Positions 44,313 to 56,465 are shown, counted from the first letter of the whole stretch. The stretch: DNA of 63,916 bases, filler included, from Stramenopiles sp. TOSAG23-6 (GCA_900128565.1; 3 parts of 3 records of this genome joined end to end with filler, not necessarily neighbours in it), one strand, 5' to 3'. The notes: a model not told the origin generated them from the sequence alone. Numbers and translations are program-made.

Positions 44313-44725
44313 ATTTAGGAGATGCTAGTACGTAATTGCTTCAAGAAATATATTGATCGGGTGTATAAATTTTTATACCACGAAGTGTCGTAAAGGAGCA
44401 CTAGACTCCAATTGAACAATTCCACTGTAGAATTTGATTCGAAGGAGTCGAGTAAACTAGTAAAAGAATTTTACTCAATATAATAAGCAATAAAATTACG
44501 AAATTTTGACTGATTTTGACTGTCATTTGATTTTGACTTGACCGTTGATTCGCGATAATTAATAATTATGATAGGACATGTACATGTAGCTAGGTACAGT
44601 ACCCTACTAGGGGGTATAATATATTTACTATAAACACGCAAATTCTTTCTCTTTAAAAGAATTTATTTAATTTGAAACATTTTTTTGAAGCGAAAGTAAT
44701 GAAAAAAATATCTTTAAATGAAAAG

Positions 44726-45778
44726 TCATCTTTCCATGTTCATTGCCTTTCGACAAACATCAAGCGTTTCAGCTTGTAAGTTTGTATTTTCATAATATGA
44801 AGAATATTTATTTTGGTTTGTTAGTGGGCCGGAAGCGCCTAGCCAACAAGGGCAGCACTGTGAGGGTGACGCAACAACACTACCACTTGGAAATCTTTCT
44901 GTAAAACTAACATCTGTTAATGCATCAATATATCGTTTTGCACCTACTTCAGTGGAGTGGATTGCACGTACACAGCTGAATATGCAAGAACAATTGCTCA
45001 TTAGACAGCTTAATGGTTGAGGTAGTTTGTTATAAATAGGTGTCTTCACTCCACCAGGGCTCACAGTTGCAAAATAGTAGTTTTTTCTTTCTTTCGCTAG
45101 TGCAGAAAGATAGAGTCCACCGAGGAGCTTCGCATTTCCATAAGATGCCATCGATGCTCTTACAGGGATACAACTGGTAGGTGGATTTCTTGTATATTCT
45201 TCAATTTTTCCTTCTTTACACTTCACGAACGGTTGAAAGCCCGTAAAAAGCCAAACAGACCTTGTCAATTCAGTACCTGAAAATATAATTCTTGCCCCAT
45301 TAGCCAACTTGTTGTTCGATAACAAACCCTCAACCAACTCAAGATGCCCAAGAACAGTATTCTGGAACAATTTACCTACACCTCGCGAGCTTGGTTCCGT
45401 AGGAGATGCATTTGGACTTGACGCATTCAGAACAATTCCAGAAATGTTTTCTGGTAATTCATCAATACAATCCTGAATACTTTTTACATTATTTGTATCA
45501 AGTACCATAGGTTGAAAAACATCTTTTGGCTTGTTTGTCAAATTTTGCAACCCAGCAACAGCTTCTTTAGCTCTATCCATTGAGCGGGAGGTTAAGATGA
45601 TTCTTTCTGTACCAAGAAGTGCAAGCTGACGACAGCAATCATATCCAATTCCTGAGGTACCACCAGTAACGAGAACGCATTTTTGGGAGAGCATAGAGTA
45701 AGACTTTGCAGTACACGAAGAAAAATATGTAGGAATACCTACTGCACGAAGAAAAACCAGGCGATGAACGTCTTTCAA
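44726..45778 (-). CDS. Short-chain dehydrogenase/reductase
   Basis: VLVTGGTSGIG, YGNAK (YxxxK), VSPGGV; the true start is probably the internal Met. Confidence 0.88.
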   Translation of the reverse strand: MKDVHRLVFLRAVGIPTYFSSCTAKSYSMLSQKCVLVTGGTSGIGYDCCRQLALLGTERIILTSRSMDRAKEAVAGLQNLTNKPKDVFQPMVLDTNNVKSIQDCIDELPENISGIVLNASSPNASPTEPSSRGVGKLFQNTVLGHLELVEGLLSNNKLANGARIIFSGTELTRSVWLFTGFQPFVKCKEGKIEEYTRNPPTSCIPVRASMASYGNAKLLGGLYLSALAKERKNYYFATVSPGGVKTPIYNKLPQPLSCLMSNCSCIFSCVRAIHSTEVGAKRYIDALTDVSFTERFPSGSVVASPSQCCPCWLGASGPLTNQNKYSSYYENTNLQAETLDVCRKAMNMER

Positions 45779-46053
45779 GTAAAAAAATCTAACGTATTAT
45801 TTATTATTCGAACAAAAATAGCGATTTCGATTTGTCCGTTACGAGTTTTGTGATGTCCAAAATATCCCGGCGCTGGTGTAGGTAGTACTTATGTAAAAAA
45901 CAACCAACTGCACAGAGTTTGTTTACTTACATATTTCCAAGCATTAACTAGTACTGTAGTAACTAGGTGTATACTCACTGTATTGCCCTAGTATACTTTA
46001 TTAATTTTCAATTATACTATTTTGATGTTTTACAATAAACAGCTCTATACAAT

Positions 46054-47328
46054 ATGGAGATGAAACTAAACGGTAACTCATTAACCAAGCAGACAAAAGT
46101 TGCCGTAGCAGCTGCTTCAACTGCCGCTCTATTGGCGCGTAAGTCTTCCATTCGAGCCCTGGCTATTGCAGAAAACTCAATTGCACGTATCCAATGTAAA
46201 CCACAACAAACAGATCGTGAAGTAGAATTACGAATTATCCATAAGTTAGACTCAAAAAATATCCATTTTGAAACATTTCCTAGTTTCAAAATGTTTGAAA
46301 ACCAAGAAACAGGTAAAGTCCTCCACCGACATCCACAAGATGAAGGTACTAATTTCAGTGCTACTCATGATGGATCAACTTTAAATAAAGATGAAGATTT
46401 GAGGTATCAGTTACAGCTATATGATAGAGATCAAAATAGAAGAAATAGAAAATATATAGACACGAAATACAATGATCAAAATAGAATAAATAGAAGAAAA
46501 TATATCGACACAAAATACAAAACAAAGCAGACACCAAAGCAGAGACCGAATACTGCACCTCAGAAAAATGTATTTAGCAGAAGAAAACAAAGGATGCTTG
46601 CAATGGTTCCTGTAAAGACTAAGGACAGACCAACATCATCCAGTCCATTCAAACAACGAATTCGAAATGAAACACACGAAATACATGGAATAATTACAAA
46701 CTTTTGTTTTCAAAGACAAAAAAATAAGTGCAGAACACCAACAGATAGATTCTTCAAAAAAACAGCACGTGTATATAAAGCACGACTCCCTAGGAATACA
46801 GTCCACCAATTAAGACATAACCCTAACCCTAGTAGGACAAAACAAAAAAAGAAGAACAATCAAAAAAATCAGAAAATGGTAATAATGGAGGACGATCCAC
46901 TACTTGGTCGTTTTAAAAATAGTACTATAGTATCTACTGACATATCGAAATCTTCACTAATACAACGAAATCCTCGAACAAAATTATCTCCAAGTGATCT
47001 TTCCGATTTCAATTCTGTCCAATTTAACACTTTTGTGAAAAAAAAAAGTTTAAGGTTGAATGAAAAGAAAAAGAATGATGTACTAAAAAAATACAAAAAT
47101 TCATATCAAACGCTTCCAACTGAAAACAGGAAAATGGTAATTAAGGGGACAGTATGGTACTCCAGCAGAGAAAGGCACACAGGTAGAATATTTCATTATA
47201 ATAGACAAGGCTTGCGGAAATGGACATTACCTAACCCTAATGACCCTAACCCTAACCCTCATGACGATTCTGAAATGTATAGGCCCAAAGAACAACGAAA
47301 TATTTCCCATCTAGTTCGAATCATGTAG
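46054..47328 (+). CDS. Basic low-complexity protein with C-terminal WW-like domain
   Basis: WYSSRERHTGRIFHYN..GLRKWTLP. Confidence 0.6.
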   Translation: MEMKLNGNSLTKQTKVAVAAASTAALLARKSSIRALAIAENSIARIQCKPQQTDREVELRIIHKLDSKNIHFETFPSFKMFENQETGKVLHRHPQDEGTNFSATHDGSTLNKDEDLRYQLQLYDRDQNRRNRKYIDTKYNDQNRINRRKYIDTKYKTKQTPKQRPNTAPQKNVFSRRKQRMLAMVPVKTKDRPTSSSPFKQRIRNETHEIHGIITNFCFQRQKNKCRTPTDRFFKKTARVYKARLPRNTVHQLRHNPNPSRTKQKKKNNQKNQKMVIMEDDPLLGRFKNSTIVSTDISKSSLIQRNPRTKLSPSDLSDFNSVQFNTFVKKKSLRLNEKKKNDVLKKYKNSYQTLPTENRKMVIKGTVWYSSRERHTGRIFHYNRQGLRKWTLPNPNDPNPNPHDDSEMYRPKEQRNISHLVRIM

Positions 47329-47483
47329 GCTTTATATCTTGTTGAATATTGTAGGTAATTAATTTGGTATGAAAAAAAAATCGTTGCTTCTCTCTACATT
47401 TTTTTAAAAGCTATATAAATAAACAAAAATAAACAAAAACAATCATCTAACCCTAACCCTAACCGTCTAATTTTTCTAATAAC

Positions 47484-48880
47484 CTAACTGTCTAACTTTT
47501 CTAATAACCATGGATGAAGTTGTGCTTGCTCCCCATTATATCTACAATTCGGGTCTGGATGTAGAAGCCGACTAACTAAATCTTGGGCTTCTTTTGACAC
47601 CGTTTTCCAAATTGGATGATCAAATTTTACATGTTGTACATGTTTGGAAGTCTTTACATATTTGTTAGGGTTAGGGTTACCAAAAAGCCAATTTCCAATT
47701 TGTTGTAGAGGTGTCCACTGTAGGTCATAATATTTTTCAACGTTTTTCTTAATGGGAAATGGAGGATAACCACAAAGCATTATATATAGTAAGCAACCGA
47801 CGGAGAACCAATCAGCAGGAAAGCCATACTTCTGACCAATGTATATTGTGAAAAAATATTTCAAATTTTTGTAAAGTTTTTTGTTAGGTACAAAATTTCC
47901 TAAGAAAAAAATTCCAAGGAAAAAAAAAATGAATAATGAAAACGCATTTTCTTGACTTCTGGGGCTTGAAAGCCAAATGAACCACACACTGTATCCGTGA
48001 TTAAGCGAGGGTTATAGCTATTATTTGAGTGACTACTGCTGCTGATAAAGTCTTCTGTGACTTCATCTGACTCCATTTTTAAAGCTAAGCCGAAGTCACA
48101 AATTCGAATTTTGTATTTATTTTGGGTCATTGAAGGAGTGTTTAATAGCAATATATTTTCAGGTTTGAGATCTCGATGTAAAATACCGAGTGTGTGTAAT
48201 GTAAGAACTCCACTGATAATTTGACTGATAATATCCGCTGCTTCACTTTCACTCAAATGTCCTTTTTTTACGATAAGATCAAATAATTCGCCACCATCAG
48301 CTAACTCAGTAACAATAAATATTCGTGATGGTGTTTCAGAAATATCATACACACCAATAATCGGGGAACACATTTGACGAGGATAATTTCCTAACCCTCC
48401 AACTAATCCTGAACCTACACTTGAAAAATATGGCTTTCTAGATTGTAGTTGTAGGAGAGCAAGAAAGCGAAGAATATTAACTTCGTTTTCAATTTTAGCA
48501 CTAGCAGCAAGCTTGTGCCAGAACCCTTTGAAAACTATTTTGACAGCGCATGGTCTTGAACATTGATGAAGGTCTGCTGCAGCCCAAACGTCACTAGTCC
48601 CTCCTCGATTAAGAAAGTAAAGCAACTTATACCGTCCTTTTTTTCCAACTAAGTTGCCTGCGGAATACGAAAAGTATTGCCGTAGAAAACGTTTTACAGA
48701 GCTGCTACTATAAAAAAAACTACAACCTACAACAGCAATAGCTGCTATAGTGACATAACCTCCTTTAGGTGGATTAAATAGCATTTCACGGGTTGTTGCA
48801 ATAACAAAAGTATAAGTCAGATTCAATGTATATGAAAAATTATTTGGCCAAAAAAAAAAGATGATCGACACAAGCACCAA
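47484..48880 (-). CDS. CAMK-group Ser/Thr protein kinase (2 exons)
   Basis: AVK, ELADGGELFD, HRDLKPEN, DFG, APE, D.FS.G; intron 47839-47945. Confidence 0.9.
47839..47945 (-). other. Non-canonical intron GC-AT (107 nt)
   Basis: at|gcgttttca...gtacctaac...cacaatatacat|t; gives APEVKKIGQKYG. Confidence 0.75.
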
Positions 48881-49127
48881 AAAACGACAGACACCAAAAA
48901 ATCGAAATAAATCAATCGCAATAATCGCGTTTTTCGTTCACAGGAGCGGCTTCTTCGCTCTTTCGCTTTATAGAATCTAATCGCTCTTAACGCGGTTATA
49001 TTTTGAGATCGACACTACATTTCAATTTCGCGATTCTGAAGGTTCTTACATTCTATTAAATGCAAAATTTTTAGAATCATAAGATAAGTAAACAAAAAGG
49101 AAGTTATACTTTTCCTAGTTACAAGAT

Positions 49128-52107
49128 ATGATATTTGCAATAGTTCTATTTACGTTAACGCTTATTCCAAGTGTTTTATCTGTTGAGAAAGTTTTACCAA
49201 ATCCTTTTATATTCTTTGGTTGTTATCGCCACGATTCACAAGCTCAGGTATCTAAATGGGGGTCACAGATCGATGGATTTACTTGGGAAGAGTGTGCACA
49301 AACTGCAGCTGCAGCTGGTAGCCTGTGGTTTGCAATGGAATTTCCTCAAGGATTCAAAAAAGTCGGGACTGCCAACTGTGGTCATCGAGGCCATTTCTCA
49401 TTAGAAGGCAGAGTACCAAATTCCATGTGCGAGGCAGAAATGAATAAAGGAAAACGTCTCGGTGGTTCAAAATTGATGGCAGTTTATTTCAATCCTTCAG
49501 AATATAAGTTGAACTTTCAGTCACTTTTACATTCAGAGTTTTTATTAATTTGTAAACTTCAAGTACAAATTGACAATATATCACATGTAATATATTTTGA
49601 TGCTGAAGAAGATTTAATGCTAGTAGCACATACTTTTGCTATAGAACATGGTATTTATCCTATTACAACTACTGTAGATTCACTCTTTCCTTCTTGTACG
49701 TTGTCTACTTTTACTTTCATTTTTTTTTCGTACGAAATTTCGTACCTAATATTTTTTTTCCATATAAAATCCAAATCCTATAATTTTTTTTCTGTATTGT
49801 CCCTGACGAATTTTAAATTTTTGAAATATTTTTCAGCAATATTTGGGAAATTTATCAAAGAATAGATTTTCCTGTAAAGTCAAAACTATTAGCCGATGAT
49901 AAAAAAAGCCCTAACCCTAAGGCATTTTCTACGAATTCATCTCGTCCTTTACTAATTAATCATAATATGTATAGAAAAGCGAAACAAATAGCTCGGATAT
50001 CTTCGGATGTAGATCGCATGTACGTTTTCAAAATTAAATTTTAAAATGTTTTCATACGAAATTTTGTACCTAACGATTTTTTACAAAAAAAAATATTTTT
50101 CACAATACATTGGTCTTGGAGTCTCTCAAAATGGATTGCTCAATAGATTATTGATTCAAGGTGAAGGAATCATGTCTATAAATTCTCCAAATATACAAAT
50201 CCCTGATGCGTATTTATTGAATAAGGCATCCGTTATGATTGGCCTTCAAAATATTGATGAGTATCATCAAAACACGAAATATAAGTCTCCAACTAACTTG
50301 TTCGATGTACATGGTACTGCTCATAATAATGACAAAGATGATGATTATAACTTTGAACAACGAAAAAATGTCCAAACTAGATCATATATTGAAAAAAGCA
50401 AAGAATCTGGAGAAGCAGACATTTATTTTATTAGAAAAGGTGAAAGAAAAAATACTATAAAAAATAATAGTGATGATAGTAAAAGCTATGATAATAGTAT
50501 GATCAAACTGAAAGCCCCAGTTCAATATGTCTTCAAGGATAGATCAAGATATTGGTTAATTCAAGAGCAAATGATTCGAAACAAACCTGCTTCAATGATC
50601 ACTGTACTTGAGTCAATTGTACGTGAAGCTTACTTGGATGAGTTGGCAATGTTATTAGGCTTACAAAACTCATATGTTTCGTCTGCACCTGCATGTACGT
50701 TTTTATCATGAATTTCAAATTTATTATCGTTTTTAGTACAAAATTTTGCACCTAAACAAAAAAGATTTTTTTTTTTGAAATATTTTTCCACAATACATAC
50801 ATATGTTTAAAACGATCTTTTGATGGTCATAGATGTATTGTGAAAAAAATTGGCATTCTTCAAGATTTTGTGCAAAGTCCATTTAAAAAAAAATCACACA
50901 AGAAAAAAGATCAAAATGATAAAGATGAATTTTTGCCAGGAGATTGGCGATCACTTTTAAGAATGGATGAAGCTACGCCTGAAAGAGTGAAGGAAATTTC
51001 GCAACGTTCATTTCAGGATGTAGCCTTACTTTTTTTTGTACGTTTTCAACATCAATTTCATGTTTTTTTTTCCATAAAAAATTCAAACCTAAAGAAATTT
51101 AAATGTAAACATATTTTCTCACGATACATATCACAGCTCATCCTGATCTTCATGGGGGGAATCTTCTAGCTCATACTCAAAAACTACAAAAACAGAAAGA
51201 AACAAATGATGATAAATTTGGAAAAATTGAAATGAAACTAATTGATGCCGACATGACATTTAACCACTCTCCAGGCTGTCATGTTGGAACAATACGAATG
51301 CCTTGTATTTTTGGAGGAGCTGCGACGTGTACGTTATCCACATTTATTTCAATTTTTTTTTTTTTTGAGTTTAAAAAAAAACATTTTTCAATTTTTTTTT
51401 GAGTTTAAAAAAAAAACATTTCATACCTAACAATTTTATTTTTTTATTTTTTCACAATACATTCTTTTCAAGTCCATGTATATTTTCAAAAGGTTTCCAT
51501 AACAAGAATGGTTTGGATGCATGTCCGTCATTTCCGCATATACATCTTCCATTTGATGATCACTCAATTGAACTTATACGAAATTGGAATCCTGAAAAAA
51601 TTAGAGAAAAGTTTTTTCGTAATGAATCGATTATTGAAGACGCCTGTTGGCGTCTTGATATATCTCCTTTTGTTTGTCCCTCAATGAAAGACATTTTTCG
51701 TAATGGTACAGTAGAATTATTGATGTTACGAATTGAAACACTTAAAGAAATTCTTGGAATATATGTATATTTTCATCGTGAATTTTAAATTTATTTTTTC
51801 GTACGAAATTATGTACCTAACGATTTTTTATCCAAAAAAAAATATTTTTTTCACACTACATGATCAAACAAAACAGAATAATACAAACAATAGTGATATG
51901 AAACAGATGTATGACGAAAAAGATGAAATGGAAAATGTTTGTGTCGATGAAAACAAAAAATGTAGACAGTTTAGTGCAAAAAAAACAATTTTGGAGGTAT
52001 ATGAAGAATTTGCCCCTCTTTACATATATAAAATTCTGAGATCTGGTGATAAAGTATTTGCTCATTATAATAGAAATGAATTTGTTTTAGGTGGCGCGAT
52101 GCATTGA
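49128..52107 (+). CDS. Secreted protein with atypical kinase-like domain (PI4K-II/Fam20/HipA-like motifs), 7 exons
   Basis: Signal peptide; spliced product has YVFK, GILQDFV, DLHGGNLL, LIDAD; six family introns. Confidence 0.65.
49696..49844 (+). other. Non-canonical intron GT-TT (149 nt)
   Basis: tt|gtacgt...ccctgac...cagcaatattt|gg. Confidence 0.7.
50020..50110 (+). other. Non-canonical intron GT-AT (91 nt)
   Basis: at|gtacgt...gtacctaac...cacaatacat|t. Confidence 0.85.
50695..50798 (+). other. Non-canonical intron GT-AT (104 nt)
   Basis: at|gtacgt...cacaatacat|ac. Confidence 0.8.
51038..51129 (+). other. Non-canonical intron GT-AT (92 nt)
   Basis: tt|gtacgt...cacgatacat|atc. Confidence 0.8.
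51329..51462 (+). other. Non-canonical intron GT-AT (134 nt)
   Basis: gt|gtacgt...catacctaac...cacaatacat|tc. Confidence 0.8.
51765..51861 (+). other. Non-canonical intron GT-AT (97 nt)
   Basis: tat|gtatat...gtacctaac...cacactacat|g. Confidence 0.85.
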
Positions 52108-52353
52108 AATGATCATTGAAATGAATAAAATTTCTTTTAAAATAACTATTTTAAAATAAAAATTGTGAATCATTTTATTTTATGTTTGAAAAGATTCGAT
52201 GTTTGAACAAATAAAGTTCAAACATTATTTGAGGTATTTCCAAAATTTTCTCTAATATCACAAGGAAATGCAAAAGTGTCGGACTCAAAACTGATATTTT
52301 TTTGAGTTTTTTTTGGGTTTTTTTTTTTGAGTGTATTACATTAGGGTTGGGGT

Positions 52354-52654
52354 TTAATCGGAGAATATAGACAAAGAACGATCCTCTCCAACTTTTTCAG
52401 AAGAATCATTATTATCATTGTTATTATTATCATTTTCATCACCAATGTGCTTCCGAAGTTGCTCTTTCCATCGAGAATGCCAAGTACTGTGAAAAAATAT
52501 TTCAAAACATTTTTAATTTTGTTAGGGTTAGGTGTACCACAATTTTCTATGAAAAACTAAATAAATTTGAAATTGAAATGATAAAAAAACGTACAATCAT
52601 CAGCACTTGGCCCCGAATCACCAAAAACACTATTTTCTTCTCCCATTTCTTCTT
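52354..52654 (-). CDS. Displaced 3' end of the gene starting at 63364
   Basis: 52590-52654 is the reverse complement of 63852-63916; after splicing reads ...SADDWHSRWKEQL...SD*. Confidence 0.65.
52482..52594 (-). other. Non-canonical intron GT-TT (113 nt)
   Basis: tt|gtacgt...cctaaccctaac...cacagtactt|gg. Confidence 0.75.
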
Positions 52655-53122
52655 TGTAGATACGAAGCCACGTCGACCAGGGCGACGTCCTGCACATGCT
52701 TTATAAAGGTCATCGAATGAAACACCCTTTGAGTTGACAGATTTTTCCTCATCTGAGTCTGAACTATCCGAACTATCAGAACTATCAGAACTATCGCTAT
52801 TACATCCTGGAATGATGACCTTGAATTTTGAATTTGACGCATAGATATCCGCAAAATGACCAAGATCAAAGCTTTTACTTTCCTCTTCTATTTTCTCAGC
52901 TTTGTAGCCGAGACCGTCGTCTTCATCTTTTTTGACTGCTTTGATGTGCGTTGTAATTCCACTCTCAGTCTTTCCAAGACCTTTTCCTTTCCAGCCCATA
53001 CCTGCCAACATTCGCTTTGACCAATCATTTGGACCAGTTGCATTCTGCTCATTGACAGTGGAACACATCTTCGATAACGTTTTTCTCGATGCACATCGAA
53101 TTGTCTCTGCAATTGCCGTCAT
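52655..53122 (-). CDS. G-patch protein (PinX1/GPATCH4-like), 3' end lost at a junction
   Basis: KRMLAGMGWKGKGLGKTESGITTHIKAVKK...GLG. Confidence 0.8.
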
Positions 53123-53362
53123 TGTAATAATGGTAGGTACTTTTAGTAGTTCCGTCTTGAAGACTGGTAAAATTGAATTTTACAAAGTTGCACTGACTGT
53201 CGAAACCGAAAACAAAACGATGACGTCATCGAAAAAAGTGACTCTTTTGGATTGACTCTCTTCGTCTCGTCAAGTGACCCACTTTATTTTCACCTCGACT
53301 TCTTGAAGTTGAGAAAACCAATCAACTTGGAGCAATTCGACTCGCGAGCTAAATTTGAAATT

Positions 53363-54397
53363 ATGGTACTTCTTTGGTTTGATTGGTTTCAGATTATTCT
53401 GGTATTACTAATAGTTTTATGGATTTTGTATCCTTATTTTCTTTTCTGGAATCATTTATATTTTATGAATTATTATGCTACAGAACATACGTTTTATGAT
53501 CCATTTAAGAGCACCAAGGTTCCATTTCCTTCACTACACGAACGTGGTAGTGTAGAGCTTAGCGTAGTCATTCCTGCTTACAACGAGGAACATCGTATTA
53601 CAGCAATGTTAGATGAATGTATGTCGTACCTAGTCACGCGTGCACTTCGCGATAAGCATTTTTCTTATGAAGTTATTGTTGTTGACGACGGTAGTACCGA
53701 CCGTACAGCAAAAGTAGTTGCAGATAAGTATGTGCGTAAGTATGGAGCCGATTACATTCGGTTATGTAGGTTATGTTTTAACAGAGGGAAAGGTGGAGCG
53801 GTACGTCATGGAGTTTTTAGAGCTCGCGGTTTAAGTATCCTCATGGTTGACGCGGATGGAGCCACTAAATTCGAAGAAGTTGAGAAGTTAGAGGCGATAT
53901 TGCGTCAAACGCAGCGCAATGGATTCGGTATCGTAGTTGGCAGTCGTGTACATAATAGATCTCTGATTAGATCGAAATCTTCGATTGGAGTGAATGGGAC
54001 TCGTCGGAGTTTTGGTGAAAAGAGGCTTTCAACGCAGAAATCCGCGGGTGAATTACTGCGTCGTTTTTTTAATCTTTTTGTGTCCATTACTTGTGTATCT
54101 GGAGTACAAGACACCTTGTGTGGATTTAAACTATTTTCCCGTCGTGCCGCTCAAACTATATTCCCATCATTACATCTACAGAGCTGGGGATTTGATGTAG
54201 AATTGTTGTATATAGCCCGGCGTTTTTTTATACCTATTACTGAAGCGTCGGTGAATTATATCGATATTCCGGGATCAAAAGTTCAATTTAGTAATTTTGT
54301 AGAAATGTTTAGGGATATATTGCTTCTTCGTTTTTCTTATGCGACGTTTCTTTGGCATTTAGAGACTGAAGGTACGGATTTAAATAGTATTCGTTGA
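53363..54397 (+). CDS. ALG5: Dolichyl-phosphate beta-glucosyltransferase (GT2)
   Basis: SVVIPAYNEE, VVDDGSTD, NRGKGGAV, MVDADGAT, DTLCGFKLF, WGFDVELL. Confidence 0.9.
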   Translation: MVLLWFDWFQIILVLLIVLWILYPYFLFWNHLYFMNYYATEHTFYDPFKSTKVPFPSLHERGSVELSVVIPAYNEEHRITAMLDECMSYLVTRALRDKHFSYEVIVVDDGSTDRTAKVVADKYVRKYGADYIRLCRLCFNRGKGGAVRHGVFRARGLSILMVDADGATKFEEVEKLEAILRQTQRNGFGIVVGSRVHNRSLIRSKSSIGVNGTRRSFGEKRLSTQKSAGELLRRFFNLFVSITCVSGVQDTLCGFKLFSRRAAQTIFPSLHLQSWGFDVELLYIARRFFIPITEASVNYIDIPGSKVQFSNFVEMFRDILLLRFSYATFLWHLETEGTDLNSIR

Positions 54398-54491
54398 AAT
54401 TTTATTAAAATGTTATTAAAAAAAAACAATAAATGGTTNCGTAATATAAATAGTTAGACTTGAAATTTTATTAAATAAGACTGGTAAATGT

Positions 54492-56465
54492 CTAAATAAC
54501 ATTTGGAGAACGACCAACGATCACCATACTCTGACGAATTTGCTTACGATTCATATTTTCACCTTTAATCATATTTGTCCTTCTTTGCTCATGCATTGTC
54601 AAAAAAAAAAACAGACTCAAAATGTTTTTGTTAGGTACAAAATTTCGTATGAAAAAAAAAAACTAAATTTGAAATTCACAATGAAAACGTACATATTTTC
54701 GTTTATCCCAATGTCTTTTAAATCCTCCCGTCCAGGACGATTCGCCTATTTTGAGTCTCTGGAATTGCAAATGTTTTTCTTCATTGAAGTTTCTCCGTGT
54801 TGAACGTGAAGCAGCCGCACTTTGAGTTCGCTTATATTTAGATTTAGATGAAATACCAGTTTTATTCTTTGAATTCATTCCGCGATATTTTCGATCAGAG
54901 TGTCGTGTAAGTGGCGCTGAGGAAATTTGCCTTCCAGATCTATTTTGTTTTGTACCAAAATTTGTAATTTTTGTTCTATTTCTATCGTATTTTTCTGTAA
55001 CCAGAGATTCCGCACTCTTACCAAGATATTGCTCATATTGCTTCGTAGTCACATCTACGCTTTGTCTTGATTTTCTTGAAGCTGATGAACATAGTCTTTC
55101 ACTTCTGGTTGCTGGTGGTCTTCTATGGCCTGCATCTGTCGAGCCAGGGCGTTGTGTAGATCTCAAGGTACCCGCTGTGGTGGGTCGTGCAGTTTTTCTT
55201 TTCATACGTCTATTTGTACCAAATTCTGTACCTAACGAACGCCTTTCTTGTTTCGGACTTATTGGAGCCTTTACAGCGATAAGTCTAAAGTTCATATCAT
55301 TATCAATATGATTTGAACGATTTACTACGCGAAAAGCGGACTGAGCTGTTTCGTTAGACAACGGACCACTTTCAGTATTATTCCAGGCAATTTTTTGGTT
55401 GTAATGCTTGTTCTGTATTGTGGCTGAACGTTTTTGGTTATGATGCTTGTTCTGGTGTGTGACTGAAGGAATGACGTTGTCCTTAAGTATTGTGAAAAAA
55501 TATTTCAAAAAATCTAAAAAAAATTGTTAGGTACAAAATTGCCTATGAAAAAATACATTCGAAATTGAAAAATAATGAAAACGTACAATATCATTAGAAT
55601 TCGTCAAATTACTTTGAAAACTATTACTTGAACTACATCTTGAACCACGATCTCGAGTACTACTTGTAACACTTTGTTCATGAGCAGCAATTTCAATTCG
55701 GTACGCATTTGCTAAAGCTGTACCGATACTACTATTATCTGAATTTTGGACTAATGGCGGCGTTGGAATGAATGCCGATCTACTTTCGAAATCAAAATTA
55801 TCAAAGGTATTACTATGAGTTGGCTTTACAGTACGTTGTTGTGTGTTCTTTTCAATAGACTCTTGCTCTTTGTGTACAATACTTTCCTTATTTTCTCCTA
55901 GAATGGTTTTGTTAATACTATCTTCACCGACGTTGGTTTCACCGAAAAGATCAACTATTGATAAATATTCTTCGTCACTACTGGTACAATATTGTGTAGT
56001 TGAATTTGACAAAAATCGTTTTGGCTTATGCATATTTCGTTTATACTTATTTCCTCCGTATACTAGTATTTTTTTCCTATTTTGAAGCATCGTTTTCTTT
56101 CTTGGTACGAACTTTTTAACACTTTTAGAAGTGACTACATCAGGGGAGAATATTCCAGAAATTGCATTATCAAAGCTGCCCCTTGGATCTACACTTCGCT
56201 TATGTTTTTTATAGCTATTACATTCATTGTTGTAGACTCGCCGAGCATTCACGAGTTTCTTATCAAATACTCGTACTGATTTCTTTCCTACTGGAGATAC
56301 CAATACACTTTTCTTGTGTAACGTGTGCGACGTTTTGTTTACCTTTTTCTTCTTCGGTGAATAGGACATAAGCACCTTGCGCTTTCCCGAATTAGCAAGT
56401 TTAGACTCCTTAAACCTTCTGTCCATATTAATGATTTGGTTTGTTACAAGATAATCATTGGTCAA
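54492..56465 (-). CDS. Hypothetical basic/disordered protein (3 exons)
   Basis: ORFs join in frame after removing 55485-55586 and 54591-54692. Confidence 0.65.
54591..54692 (-). other. Non-canonical intron GT-AT (102 nt)
   Basis: tat|gtacgt...gtacctaac...gacaatgcat|g. Confidence 0.8.
55485..55586 (-). other. Non-canonical intron GT-TT (102 nt)
   Basis: att|gtacgt...gtacctaac...cacaatactt|aag. Confidence 0.8.

Noticed and set aside
55215-55240. Antisense intron-core motif aaattctgtacctaac inside an exon
   Set aside because: No donor or 3' module around it and the frame is uninterrupted; treated as chance or a tiny relic.
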